A stretch of 64,000 nt of DNA from assembly GCA_019752115.1 (NCBI GenBank), contig JAIEMN010000020.1:138267-202266 (forward strand). Direction: 5' to 3'. A program made the position numbers and the translations under genes. Position 1 is the stretch's first letter, and each line of letters starts with the position of its first letter. This DNA comes from Gemmatimonadaceae bacterium. GTDB taxonomy: Bacteria > Gemmatimonadota > Gemmatimonadetes > Gemmatimonadales > Gemmatimonadaceae. This document shows positions 38,444-51,241 of the stretch, piece by piece. The notes beneath the pieces are model-generated. The model was not told the origin of the DNA. It saw nothing but the letters and a program-made list of their open reading frames with translations, and searched no databases.

Positions 38444-39817
38444 TCAGCGCAGCGACTGCTCCAGATCCGCCGCGATGTAGGCCATCACCGCCATGACCGC
38501 CACGCACCGCTGGACCTCCTTGGGGTCCAGCTTGTCCGGGGTATCGGCATCGGTGTGGTGGAACCAGAAGTAGCGCGATCCGTCGACCTCGAGCCCCATG
38601 CCGGGGACGCCAGTTTGCATGATCGGCCCGATATCGGCGCCCCCGCCGCTCGGGCCGATTTTGTTGGCGCCGATGGGCGCCAGCAGGGACCCGATGGCCT
38701 CGACGACCTTCCGTGATTCGGCCGGGCCGGTAAAGCCGAAGCCGAGCGGCGAGAAGACGCCGCCGTCGCTTTCGATCGCGAGCTGGTGCACCTCGTTCTG
38801 GTGCGCGTCCTTGTAGGCCTGGCCGCCCTTGCCGCCATTTTCTTCGTTGGTCCAGCCGACCACGCGAATCGTGCGGCGCGGCGTGAGCCCGAGCTTCTTG
38901 AGCAGGCGAATCGCTTCCCACGCCACGACCACGCCCCCGGCGTCGTCCATCGCGCCCTGCCCCACATCCCATGAGTCGATGTGGCCGCCCATCACGACGA
39001 TCTCGTCGGGCTTCTCACGCCCCACGAGTTCGCCCATCACGTTGTGGCTCTGCGCATCGGGGAGCGTCTTCGCGCTCATCCTGAGCGTGACGACCACCTT
39101 CTGCCCGCGCGCGATCATGCGCCGCATCATCATCGCGTCTTCGGCGGTGACACTCGCGTGCGGAATCTTCTTCACCGTGGAGTCGTAGCTCATGTTGCCG
39201 GTGTGCGGCGTGCGCATGCTGTACGGCCCCGCGGCGCGCGCGAGACTGGCGACCGCGCCCGCCTTGGCCGCCGCGATCGCGCCCTGCCGGCGGAACGCGC
39301 CGTTGTAGCCGTAGTCGCGCCACTCGGCGTCGTACAGCACAATCTTCCCCTTGGCTTCGGCCGCCCGTTGCGTGAGCTCCTCGAAGCTCGCCACCACCAT
39401 CACCTCGGCGGTGATTCCCTGCGGCGGCGTGGCGATGCTGCCGCCCAGCCCCAGCATCGGGAGGGTCTGCATGCGCGGGGAGACCAGCGTGAGCGATTCG
39501 GCACCCCGCACCCAGTGCGGCACCATCGCCTTCTCCTTGCGCACATTGGCGAGACCATCGGCCTTCATCGTGGCGACGGTCCAGTCGATGGCCTGCTCGA
39601 GCGCCTTCGACCCGCTCAGCCGATGCCCGAACGTGTCGGTGAGTTCGGCAATCCGGTTCCACGCGGCGGCACTGTCGGCCTGCGCGGCGGCGATGATCCG
39701 AGTGGCCACGTCACGGTACTTCTCGGGGATTTGCGCGGCCGGTTGAGCGAAGAGCGTCGCGCGCGGGAGCGCGAGCAGGGCGGCGCTGAGCAGCGCGGCG
39801 GTACGGGGCATGGACAT
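38444..39817 (-). CDS. Secreted M28-family peptidase (carboxypeptidase Q-like)
   Basis: GGHIDSWD, GAMDDAGG, NEENG, ESDGG, FHHTDAD; PA domain. Confidence 0.92.
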   Translation of the reverse strand: MSMPRTAALLSAALLALPRATLFAQPAAQIPEKYRDVATRIIAAAQADSAAAWNRIAELTDTFGHRLSGSKALEQAIDWTVATMKADGLANVRKEKAMVPHWVRGAESLTLVSPRMQTLPMLGLGGSIATPPQGITAEVMVVASFEELTQRAAEAKGKIVLYDAEWRDYGYNGAFRRQGAIAAAKAGAVASLARAAGPYSMRTPHTGNMSYDSTVKKIPHASVTAEDAMMMRRMIARGQKVVVTLRMSAKTLPDAQSHNVMGELVGREKPDEIVVMGGHIDSWDVGQGAMDDAGGVVVAWEAIRLLKKLGLTPRRTIRVVGWTNEENGGKGGQAYKDAHQNEVHQLAIESDGGVFSPLGFGFTGPAESRKVVEAIGSLLAPIGANKIGPSGGGADIGPIMQTGVPGMGLEVDGSRYFWFHHTDADTPDKLDPKEVQRCVAVMAVMAYIAADLEQSLR

Positions 39818-39931
39818 GGACGCAGGGGACGGGAACAGGGACACGGGGGGACGGGAACGCCGCCTCGCGGGGCGGGGCTGGAGCGTACCTTACCGCATGC
39901 CGAAGAATTCCGCTGCCGGGAGGCCGGCGTG

Positions 39932-40438
39932 ATGGTCCGCGCGTGCAAGGCCCTGCTGGTGGGCGCGACCGGGCTGTATCTGGCGCTGGTCGCGTTCAAC
40001 AACGTCACCGACTACGGGTCCAACCTGCAGTTCGTGCAGCACGTGCTGAGCATGGACACCACGTTCCCGGGCAATGCGCTGCTCTGGCGCGCGATTCGCG
40101 CGCCGTGGGTGCACCACGCGTTCTACGTCACCATCATCGCGTGGGAAATCCGGTCGGCGGTGCTGTTGCTCCTTGGCGCGTGGCGCCTGTGGGCGGCGCG
40201 CCGCGCGCCCCGCGCGTTCGTGGCCGCCAAGGGGCTCGCGCTGCTGGGGCTCACCAGCAATCTGCTGCAATGGCTCGTGGCCTTTCTCACCGTGGGCGGC
40301 GAATGGTTCGCCATGTGGCAGTCGAACGTCTGGAACGGCAGTGAGACGGCGGGGCGCATGTTCACCGTCGTTGGCATCGTTCTGCTCTTCGTCAGCGCCC
40401 CGGAGTCCGAGGGGCCAGCGCCGGAGGTGACCGCATGA
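39932..40438 (+). CDS. DUF2165 family membrane protein
   Basis: [25 protein letters not shown] and [10 protein letters not shown]. Confidence 0.88.
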   Translation: MVRACKALLVGATGLYLALVAFNNVTDYGSNLQFVQHVLSMDTTFPGNALLWRAIRAPWVHHAFYVTIIAWEIRSAVLLLLGAWRLWAARRAPRAFVAAKGLALLGLTSNLLQWLVAFLTVGGEWFAMWQSNVWNGSETAGRMFTVVGIVLLFVSAPESEGPAPEVTA

Positions 40439-41136
40439 CCCAGTCCCTACGCCGATCGCCGGCGCCGCGGTCGCGCTGGATGACGGCGCTGTTGATCGGC
40501 CTCGCCGCCTGCGGCGGTGGCTCCGATTCCGCCGCCACGCGCTCCGCCGCCCCGCCGGCCGTGAGCGACGCGCCGCCGCGCGCCGTGCCTGGTCCGGCGG
40601 CGACCCCCACGAAGAGCCCGGACCAGTACCGGGCCGAGTTCATTACCAGCAAGGGCGTGTTCATCGTGGCCGTCACGCGAGCGCTCGCGCCGCGCGCGGC
40701 CGACCGCTTCTACGAACTCGTCCAGAACGGCTACTACGTGCGCACCCGTTTCTATCGGGTGGTGCCGGGGTTCATCACGCAGTGGGGCATTCACGGCGAT
40801 ACGGCGGTGAACGCCCAATGGGATCGCGCCACGATCCCCGATGAACCGATGAAGACCTCCAACGTGCGCGGTCGCATCGCCTTCGCGGCCAACGGCCCCA
40901 ACTCCCGCGCCACCGAGGTGTTCATCGCCACCGGCGACCAGGCCAAGACCCTCGATCGCCAGCGCTTCGCCCCCTTTGGCGAGGTGGTACAGGGCATGGA
41001 CGTGGTGGACAAGATCAGCGCCGAGTACGGCGAGGAGCCCAACTACTCGCGCATCAGCCATCAGGGGAACAGCTACTTGCGAAAGTGGTTTCCCGCGTTG
41101 GATTCGATCGTGAGCGCACGCATCATTCAGCCGTAG
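40435..41136 (+). CDS. Cyclophilin-type peptidyl-prolyl isomerase (lipoprotein)
   Basis: Lipobox LAAC; [13 protein letters not shown] and [15 protein letters not shown]. Confidence 0.9.
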   Translation: MTQSLRRSPAPRSRWMTALLIGLAACGGGSDSAATRSAAPPAVSDAPPRAVPGPAATPTKSPDQYRAEFITSKGVFIVAVTRALAPRAADRFYELVQNGYYVRTRFYRVVPGFITQWGIHGDTAVNAQWDRATIPDEPMKTSNVRGRIAFAANGPNSRATEVFIATGDQAKTLDRQRFAPFGEVVQGMDVVDKISAEYGEEPNYSRISHQGNSYLRKWFPALDSIVSARIIQP

Positions 41137-41170
41137 CCTCCACCTTCCGACTCACGCATCCCGCACTCGC

Positions 41171-41716
41171 ATGGCGTACCTCTGGTTCAAGGCGTTCCAT
41201 ATCGTGTTCATGGTCAGCTGGATGGCTGGCCTGTTCTATCTGGTGCGGCTGTTCGTCTATCACGCCGACGCCAACCGGGAGAGCGAGCCGCGCCGCGGGA
41301 TTCTGGCGCCGCAGTTCGCGCTGATGGAACGCCGGCTGCTCAATGTGATCACCACGCCGGCAATGGTGCTGAGCTGGATCACCGGCGTCTCCATGATCGC
41401 GCTCCAGCCAGGACTCCTCGGCGAACCGTGGCTGCGCGCCAAGCTGCTGCTGGTGCTGCTGCTCAGCGCCTATCACGGCCTGTGTGTAAAGGTCATGAAG
41501 GAGCTCGCCACCGGCGCCACGTCGCGCACCGGGGAGTTCTTCCGCGTGGCCAACGAAGGGCCCACGCTCGTGCTCGTGCTCGTCAGCGTGCTCGTGATCT
41601 TCAAGAGCGCCGTGCAATTCGGCCAGCTGGGCTGGACGCTGGCCGGTGTCATTCTGTCGATCTACCTCGGCTTCAAGGCGTACGCCGGGTATCGGCGCAC
41701 GCATCCCGAGCACTGA
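41171..41716 (+). CDS. hemJ: Protoporphyrinogen IX oxidase HemJ
   Basis: WFKAFHIVFMVSWMAGLFYLVRLFVYH, MERRL, WLRAKL, ANEGPT. Confidence 0.9.
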   Translation: MAYLWFKAFHIVFMVSWMAGLFYLVRLFVYHADANRESEPRRGILAPQFALMERRLLNVITTPAMVLSWITGVSMIALQPGLLGEPWLRAKLLLVLLLSAYHGLCVKVMKELATGATSRTGEFFRVANEGPTLVLVLVSVLVIFKSAVQFGQLGWTLAGVILSIYLGFKAYAGYRRTHPEH

Positions 41717-41722
41717 GCGGCG

Positions 41723-42319
41723 TCAGACCGCGGCGACCGATTCGATGCGGTCGAGCGTGGCGACGAAGAGGGTGTAGAGCGCGCGCAGGGTGTCCACCTC
41801 CTCGACGTAGCCCGGGAGCGTGAGCTCCAGCGGGTCGAACCCCGGGGTGGGATCGCTGAAGAGCACCTTGTCGTCGCGCAGCGCGAGCTGGCCGCTGAAG
41901 TCGCGCTGGTAGCGCTCGCGCAGCGCGGCGTCGGCAAAGACCGCACGCACGAAATCCGGCGTCTCCCCCTTGAGCACGAACTGCTGGTCGAAGGTCGCGT
42001 CGTCAACATGAATGTCGAGGCTTCCGAACCACTCGGCCACCGACGTCGCGAAGTTGGCGCGCGATACCGAGAAGCGCCGCGGGCGCGCGGTGGGGCGGAG
42101 CGCCGTGAACACGGTGGAGAGCACCGGCACCATGACCTTGCCCACCAGGATCATCGACGCGTCGGCCTGAATCACCACGGGGCCATGGGGATGTGCCACC
42201 TCGATGCGCGCCTGCTCACCGGGGCTCGGGTCATTCCATGTGCCACCGATTTCGGCGGCAAAGGCCGCCCACACGTCCACATGCTTGCCGCGCAGGAGAT
42301 GCTTGAGGCGATCGCTCAT
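41723..42319 (-). CDS. Hypothetical protein
   Basis: Start overlaps the sulfurtransferase stop (ATGA-type coupling); DATFDQQFVLKG motif; no confident family. Confidence 0.65.
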   Translation of the reverse strand: MSDRLKHLLRGKHVDVWAAFAAEIGGTWNDPSPGEQARIEVAHPHGPVVIQADASMILVGKVMVPVLSTVFTALRPTARPRRFSVSRANFATSVAEWFGSLDIHVDDATFDQQFVLKGETPDFVRAVFADAALRERYQRDFSGQLALRDDKVLFSDPTPGFDPLELTLPGYVEEVDTLRALYTLFVATLDRIESVAAV

Positions 42320-43191
42320 GCGCGCGGCTCCGCGGCGGGGCCCGTCTCGACCGGCGTGTTGGCCTGACTGCCCCATTCCGTCCAGCTGCCATCGTACACC
42401 GCCACCTGCGTTGCGCCGGCCACTTCAAGTCCGAGCGTCACGGCGCACGCGGTGATGCCGCTACCGCATGAGGCCACAATGGGCGCTGAGAGATCGAGGC
42501 CGGCTGCCGCGAACTGGGCGCGCAGCGCGTCGGCCGACTTGAGCGTGCCGTCGGCGTTGACCAGCGTGGCGTAGTGCACGTTGCGCGCACCGGGGATGTG
42601 CCCGCCGCGCACGCCCGCGCGCGGTTCCGGTTCGATGGCCTGAAAGCGACCGGGTGAGCGCGCGTCCACCACCTGCTCGGCGTGTGACGCCACATTCGCC
42701 TGCATGGCGGTGAGGTCGCGCCATTGGGCCGCGTTGAGTGCCGGGGTGAAGGTGGCTGGCGGCAGGGACACCGCCTCGTGGCTGAGGGGGCGGCCTTCGG
42801 CGGTCCACTTCGCCAGCCCGCCATCGAGGATGGCCACCCGCGCGTGCCCCATGGTGCGCAGCATGTACCAGACACGCGGGGCGCTGAAGTTCTGCGCACT
42901 GCTGTCGTAGACCACGATGGCGTGCGCACTCCCGAGCCCCAGCGCCCCCACGCGCGCCGCGAACGTCTCGGGCGACGGCAGGGTGTGCGGGTACGGCGCG
43001 GTCTCGTCGCTCAGCGCGTCGATATCCGCGAAGACGGCACCGGGGATATGGCCCGCCGCGTACTCGTCGCGCGCCTTGCGGCCGGTGGCGGGCATGTGCC
43101 ACGTGGCATCCACCACGCGGAGCGACGGGTCACCGAGATGCGCGGCGAGCCAGTCGGTGGAAACGATCGGAGTGGGCAGGTCGAGAGCCAT
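42316..43191 (-). CDS. sseA: 3-mercaptopyruvate sulfurtransferase (two-domain rhodanese)
   Basis: GHIPGAVF, DGGLAKW, VDARSPGRF, active site CGSGITAC, YDGSWTEWG. Confidence 0.9.
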   Translation of the reverse strand: MALDLPTPIVSTDWLAAHLGDPSLRVVDATWHMPATGRKARDEYAAGHIPGAVFADIDALSDETAPYPHTLPSPETFAARVGALGLGSAHAIVVYDSSAQNFSAPRVWYMLRTMGHARVAILDGGLAKWTAEGRPLSHEAVSLPPATFTPALNAAQWRDLTAMQANVASHAEQVVDARSPGRFQAIEPEPRAGVRGGHIPGARNVHYATLVNADGTLKSADALRAQFAAAGLDLSAPIVASCGSGITACAVTLGLEVAGATQVAVYDGSWTEWGSQANTPVETGPAAEPRA

Positions 43192-43271
43192 GCGTCCATT
43201 CAACGACGGGCGGCCGCTCGGCACAAGGCCGGGGATTGCTGGGCCTGCCGGGGCCGTATTCATTGCGGGGC

Positions 43272-44249
43272 ATGAATTCCGAACGACTCGCCCCGAAGCG
43301 GGTGGTGATGCTGGGTGCCACGGGCACCATCGGGCGGGCGACCGTGCGCGCGCTGCTGCGCCACGGGCATGCCGTGAAGTGTCTGGTGCGTCCCGGGACT
43401 GCCCGCGCCGCGCTGCCGGATGGGGTCACGATCCACGAGTGCGTGGTCACCGATCCGCTGTCCATCCGTGACGCGCTGGGGAGCGATCGCTTCGATGCCG
43501 TGGTGAGCTGCATGGCGTCGCGCACCGGAGCGCCCAAGGATGCGTGGGCGATCGATCATCAGGCGCATCTGCACCTCCTCGATGCCGCCAAGGGGCATGG
43601 CGCCACGCAGTTCGTCCTGCTCTCCGCGATCTGCGTGCAGAAGCCGCGGCTCGAGTTCCAGCGCGCCAAGCTCGCGTTCGAACAGGAGCTGATGGCATCG
43701 GGGCTCACCTGGTCCATCGTGCGCCCGACTGCGTTCTTCAAGTCGATCTCGGGGCAGATCGAGCGCGTGCAGCAGGGGAAGCCGTTCCTGCTCTTTGGCG
43801 ACGGCACGCTCACCGCCTGCAAGCCGATCAGCGACGACGACTGCGCGGAGTATCTCGCGACGTGTCTGCGCGAGCCGGATCGCTGGAATCGCATCCTCCC
43901 CATCGGCGGACCGGGGATGGCGATCACGCTCAAGCAGCAGGGCGAACTGCTCTTCTCGCTCGCCGGTAAGCCGCCCAAGTTCACGAGCGTGCCGGTGGCG
44001 ATGTTCGACGTGATCATCGGCGCGCTCTCGGTGCTGGGCACCGTCATCCCGCCGCTCAGGAACAAGGCGGAGTTCGCGCGTATCGGCCGCTACTACGCCA
44101 CCGAGAGCATGCTCGTGTGGGATGCGCAGCGCCAGCGCTACGACGCCGCTGCCACGCCGTCATTCGGCAACGATACGCTGGCCGAGTACTACACGAAAAT
44201 GCTCCGCGGTGAAGTGGCCGACGATCGCGGCGAGCATGCGGTGTTCTGA
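43272..44249 (+). CDS. bciA: BciA-like divinyl (proto)chlorophyllide a 8-vinyl reductase
   Basis: GATGTIG, VVSCMASRTG, LLSAICVQKPRLEFQRAKL, IVRPTAFFKS, CKPIS, IGRYYATESM, HAVF C-terminus; matches my recollection of BciA/DVR family motifs. Confidence 0.78.
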   Translation: MNSERLAPKRVVMLGATGTIGRATVRALLRHGHAVKCLVRPGTARAALPDGVTIHECVVTDPLSIRDALGSDRFDAVVSCMASRTGAPKDAWAIDHQAHLHLLDAAKGHGATQFVLLSAICVQKPRLEFQRAKLAFEQELMASGLTWSIVRPTAFFKSISGQIERVQQGKPFLLFGDGTLTACKPISDDDCAEYLATCLREPDRWNRILPIGGPGMAITLKQQGELLFSLAGKPPKFTSVPVAMFDVIIGALSVLGTVIPPLRNKAEFARIGRYYATESMLVWDAQRQRYDAAATPSFGNDTLAEYYTKMLRGEVADDRGEHAVF

Positions 44250-44260
44250 GTGATGGGTGT

Positions 44261-44362
44261 GAACTGATCACATCCAAGACGTCCGAGCGATCCAAGGCGT
44301 CAGAGAACCATGTCGTGACTTCATGCCTTGGATCGCTTGAATGCCTTGGATGTGATCAGTTT
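44261..44362. repeat. ~100-bp imperfect palindrome (ATCCAAGGC type), second copy
   Basis: 39-bp arms 44262-44300 and 44323-44361 match 34/39, all mismatches being transitions. Ends GAACTG/CAGTTT. Confidence 0.9.
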
Positions 44363-44373
44363 ACCTCCACTCC

Positions 44374-46002
44374 CTACTGCCCAATCGGCCGCGGCGGCGC
44401 CACGAAGCGTTTGGACGCCTGCTCGTACGCGTGGGCGAGGGCGAGCATCTTGGCGTCGGTGCCGGGGAGTCCCACGAACGAGAGATTGCCGGCGGGCATG
44501 CCGTCGGTGCCGTAACCGGCGGGCACGCTCACTTCGGGGAGGCCGAGCCAGTTGCCGAAGCCGAGCGCGGTACGCACGTCGGGCCAGCCGGCCTGCGTGA
44601 CCCAGGCGCCGAAGGGCATCGTGGGGTACACCAGCGCGTCGAGCTGCTGCTTGGCCATCGACTCGGCGAGCTGCGCCACCACGGCGTCGCGGGAACGCAG
44701 GAACGAACGGGACGCCGCATCGCGCTCGTAGGGCTGTTCGATGAGCACGGCCATCGCGTCGGAATCGGCGGGCAACACATCGTAGTACGCGCGATAGGCG
44801 GCCAGGCCACGCTTGATCGCGTCGCGCGCGTCGAACGGATGCGAGGCATCGCCGTGGCGCAGGAAATAGCGCAGCAGCGCATTGGCCGTGGCCGCGGGGC
44901 TGTTGGCGTTGGGCGCGACATCGCCACGGGCCTGCGCGGCGGCGGCGAACTGATCGCGATACGTCACGCGCGTCACGGCCGGTGAACACGATTCCACGAT
45001 GGCACCGGCCGACACGCAGTCGGTGATGGCGCGATCGAAGATCGCCTGACACTCGAGGCTCATCTGGGCGCGCGGGACATGCGCTTCCACGAGACCCAGG
45101 CGGGCGCCCTTGAGCGCCTCCGGGTGGAGCGTGCGCAGGGCGCCGCGGGTGTAGGGCGTCTTGAGCACGAGTCCGTCGCTCGTGTCGGGGCCGGCGATCG
45201 CATCGAGCAGCAGCGCGGCATCGGCCACGGTGCGCGCGAGCGGGCCGTGCGTGTCGAGCACGGGCCACGTGGGAATCACGCCGGTGCGCGGCACCAGCCC
45301 GAAGGTGGGCTTCATGCCCACGACGCCGGTGCATTGCGCGGGGATGCGATTGGAGCCGCCGTCGTCGGTCCCCAGCGCGGCGAAGGCGATGCCGCAGGCC
45401 ACACTCACGGCACTGCCGGCGCTCGAGCCGCCGGGGGTGCGCGTGCCGGTGCGATCGTGCGGATTGCGCACCTGCCCGGTGAGCGTGCTGGTGCCCACCC
45501 CGTGGTACGCGAAATCATCGGCGGCCGTCTTGCCCAGCACCACCGCACCGGCCGCGCGCATCCGCGCGACTTCCACGGCATCGAACAGCGCCGGTTCGGG
45601 GAAGAGCTGCGACCACTCGAGGTTCGAGGCGGTCGTCGGCAGCCCCTTCACGTCGTAGATCGCCTTCGCAAAGACGGGCACGCCATCGAGTGGTCCGCGC
45701 AGCGCGCCGCGCTTGAGGCGCGCGTCGGATGCGCGCGCCTCGGCCATCGCGGTGGTGGCCAGCAGATCGATCGCGCGCAGCGTGGCCGTCCACGCGCGCG
45801 CCCGATCGAGGGCGGTGGCGGTGACGCTGGCGGCGGTCCAGCTGCCGGCGGCGCGGCCCGCCTGATAGGCGGCGATCGTTCCGGCCAGCGGATCATCCGC
45901 GGCGCCGTGCGCGGCCTCGTGCACCAGCCGCGACCAGTCCACGAACGGAAGCGCACAGAGTGCGCCAAGCTGGCGCAGGGCATCGCGACGCGTTGGGCTC
46001 AT
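44374..46002 (-). CDS. Amidase-signature family protein with Tat-like N-terminus
   Basis: TRRDAL N-terminus, GGSSAGS, GTDDGGSNRIP, GMKPTFG. Confidence 0.88.
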   Translation of the reverse strand: MSPTRRDALRQLGALCALPFVDWSRLVHEAAHGAADDPLAGTIAAYQAGRAAGSWTAASVTATALDRARAWTATLRAIDLLATTAMAEARASDARLKRGALRGPLDGVPVFAKAIYDVKGLPTTASNLEWSQLFPEPALFDAVEVARMRAAGAVVLGKTAADDFAYHGVGTSTLTGQVRNPHDRTGTRTPGGSSAGSAVSVACGIAFAALGTDDGGSNRIPAQCTGVVGMKPTFGLVPRTGVIPTWPVLDTHGPLARTVADAALLLDAIAGPDTSDGLVLKTPYTRGALRTLHPEALKGARLGLVEAHVPRAQMSLECQAIFDRAITDCVSAGAIVESCSPAVTRVTYRDQFAAAAQARGDVAPNANSPAATANALLRYFLRHGDASHPFDARDAIKRGLAAYRAYYDVLPADSDAMAVLIEQPYERDAASRSFLRSRDAVVAQLAESMAKQQLDALVYPTMPFGAWVTQAGWPDVRTALGFGNWLGLPEVSVPAGYGTDGMPAGNLSFVGLPGTDAKMLALAHAYEQASKRFVAPPRPIGQ

Positions 46003-46033
46003 GCCCCTAATGTGCCGCCGGAACGCGGCAGAC

Positions 46034-46984
46034 TCAATTTGCCGTGAGTGACCGCGTCGGGATGCGCTCCCGCAGAAACGCCCGCACCGGCACGAGCGCG
46101 GTGCCCGGCGACTCCTCGAAGGGCACGTGTCCCAACCCGGGCAGTCGGGTGAGCTGCGCGTGTGGCAGCGCCGCCAGATAGTCGTTGGCATTTGCCGGCG
46201 GGATCATCTGGTCCTGCGTGCCCCACACCAGCAGCGTCGGCGCCGTGATCGTGCGCAGCCGCGGCACGGGGTCGTGCAGCGTCACCTGTCGCATGCGATC
46301 GTAGAGCGCCGCGCGATTGCCGGGCGCCCGCATCAGGTCGTAGTACCGGCCCACGAGTGCATCGGTGAGGCGCGAGGGATCGGCGTACGCCGGCGTCATG
46401 TTCGCCTCGAGCATCGCCCGCGGGAGCACCCAGCGCATCACGCCCAGGACGGCCGGTACTTCGGCGGGCTTCTCGTACGCGAAGCCGGGGCTCGCGAAGC
46501 CATCGGGCGCGATCAGGACCAGGCGTTCGACGCGCTCGGGGTGCGCAGCCGCGAAGGACCAGGCGATCCGCCCGCCCATCGAGTTCCCCACGAGCGTGGC
46601 GCGCGTGATCCCCAGTGTGTCGAGCAGCGCCTGCACCAGGCGGATCGTGCGGGGGTCGCGATAATCGCGATCGGGATCGGCGCCGCTCAGCCCGTGGCCC
46701 GGAAAGTCGAAACGCACGACGCGGAACGAATCCGCGAGCGCGCGCGCCCACGGCTCCCACGTGTGCAGGCTCGAACCCAGGCCGTGCATGAGCACGAGCA
46801 CCGGCGCCTCACGCGGGCCGCTGTCGCGCACATGAAGTGCCACCCCATCGATGCGGCGGATATCACCAGGCTGCGCCAGATAGCGCTGCTCGACGACGGT
46901 GCGAGCGAGATCGGGGGTATAGAGCCACGCGGCGAGCGCCGTCAGCGCGGCCGCGAGCACTGGAAGCCAGAGACGTTTGATCAC
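46034..46984 (-). CDS. Alpha/beta hydrolase
   Basis: HGLGSS, GNSMGG nucleophile elbow, GTQD, LGHVPFEE. Confidence 0.9.
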   Translation of the reverse strand: MIKRLWLPVLAAALTALAAWLYTPDLARTVVEQRYLAQPGDIRRIDGVALHVRDSGPREAPVLVLMHGLGSSLHTWEPWARALADSFRVVRFDFPGHGLSGADPDRDYRDPRTIRLVQALLDTLGITRATLVGNSMGGRIAWSFAAAHPERVERLVLIAPDGFASPGFAYEKPAEVPAVLGVMRWVLPRAMLEANMTPAYADPSRLTDALVGRYYDLMRAPGNRAALYDRMRQVTLHDPVPRLRTITAPTLLVWGTQDQMIPPANANDYLAALPHAQLTRLPGLGHVPFEESPGTALVPVRAFLRERIPTRSLTAN

Positions 46985-47035
46985 GCAGGCGAACGGTCAC
47001 GGGTCCCCGAGGGGTTCCGTGACCGCGCCAGTGCG

Positions 47036-48184
47036 TCAGTATCGCTGAAACAGCTTCTGGATTTCGCGCGGGTCGCGCGTGCGCGTGAGCGCCACCATGA
47101 GCAGGATGCGCGCCTTCGCCGGGGTGAGGTGTTGCACCGTGACCATCGGTGGGGCCGGCGCGGGGCGACGGACGGTGTCCGCAGGAGTGCTGCTGTCGCG
47201 CGGCGCATTCGGGCGCGCCGCGGCCGGCGCCCCGAAGTCGCCGCCGCCGCCCACCGCCGACATGTTGTCGCCGTAGGCGAAGATCGACGCCACCACGACC
47301 CCCTCGCGACGCAGCGCGGCGTAGACCTGCGACTCGGCCGGGGTCATGCCATTGCTGGCTACCGCCACGCCGTCGGGCTTCTTCGCAAACATCGGCCCGG
47401 TGCCGCCGGGATACGAGTAGGTGAGTTCGACCGTGGGGAGTGAATCGACCTTCATGACATCGAACTCACTCGCCGCACCGTGCACGCGCACCGGCGCAAA
47501 GAGAAACTCCACGCTCGCGTTGTTCACCACGCCCAGCATCCCCATCTCGCCACCACTGAAGCCGCCGGTGCGCTGATAGAGCTTGCGGGATTCCCGCGCC
47601 GACAGAATGCGATCGTCCATGACGACCATCACGCCCTTGCCGACCGCCTCCGGGGTGACGACGGTGCGCACGGCGCTCAGCAGGTTGATTGGCCCATCGG
47701 GGCTGATGCCGGTGGCCGGCCGCTGCGCACCCACCACCACCACCGGCTTGTCCGATCGCACGGTGAGATAGAGGAAGAACGACGTCTCTTCGAGCCGGTC
47801 GGTGCCGTGCGTGACGACCACGCCGGCCAGATCCTTCCGCTCCTTGAGCACCGTGTTGATCCGCTTGGAGAGCGCGAGCCACTGCGCCGGCGTGATGGCG
47901 GTACTCGCCACGTTCGAGAACTGCTCGGTCTCGATCTCGGCGAAGCGGGAGAGCTCCGGGACCGAGGCGACGATCTCTTCGGCCTTGAGGCTGCCGGCGC
48001 GATACGCGCCCAACGTGCCCGGGGCCTGCTGCGCGCCGGCGATCGTGCCGCCGGTGGCGATGATCAGGACCTTGGGCTTGGGGCCGGTGGCGGCCGGTGC
48101 CTGCGCCGCCACGGGAAGATGCGCCACGACGAACAACGCAACGCCCGCGAGGGCGGACGGCAGACGGACACGCAGGACAGGCAC
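47036..48184 (-). CDS. Secreted asparaginase/glutaminase (type II-like)
   Basis: IIATGGTIAG, THGTDRLEET, GAQRP, SPDGPINL. Start GTG 48184 has a GGAG SD 5 nt upstream. Confidence 0.9.
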   Translation of the reverse strand: MPVLRVRLPSALAGVALFVVAHLPVAAQAPAATGPKPKVLIIATGGTIAGAQQAPGTLGAYRAGSLKAEEIVASVPELSRFAEIETEQFSNVASTAITPAQWLALSKRINTVLKERKDLAGVVVTHGTDRLEETSFFLYLTVRSDKPVVVVGAQRPATGISPDGPINLLSAVRTVVTPEAVGKGVMVVMDDRILSARESRKLYQRTGGFSGGEMGMLGVVNNASVEFLFAPVRVHGAASEFDVMKVDSLPTVELTYSYPGGTGPMFAKKPDGVAVASNGMTPAESQVYAALRREGVVVASIFAYGDNMSAVGGGGDFGAPAAARPNAPRDSSTPADTVRRPAPAPPMVTVQHLTPAKARILLMVALTRTRDPREIQKLFQRY

Positions 48185-48222
48185 GAGGTCTCCGAGAAGG
48201 ACGACGAGGGCGGAGTCCAAAC

Positions 48223-51197
<2,975 letters not shown>

Positions 51198-51241
51198 GGA
51201 CTGGTTGTCACTCGCCTGAGCGTGCCGGTCACCGGCACCGC

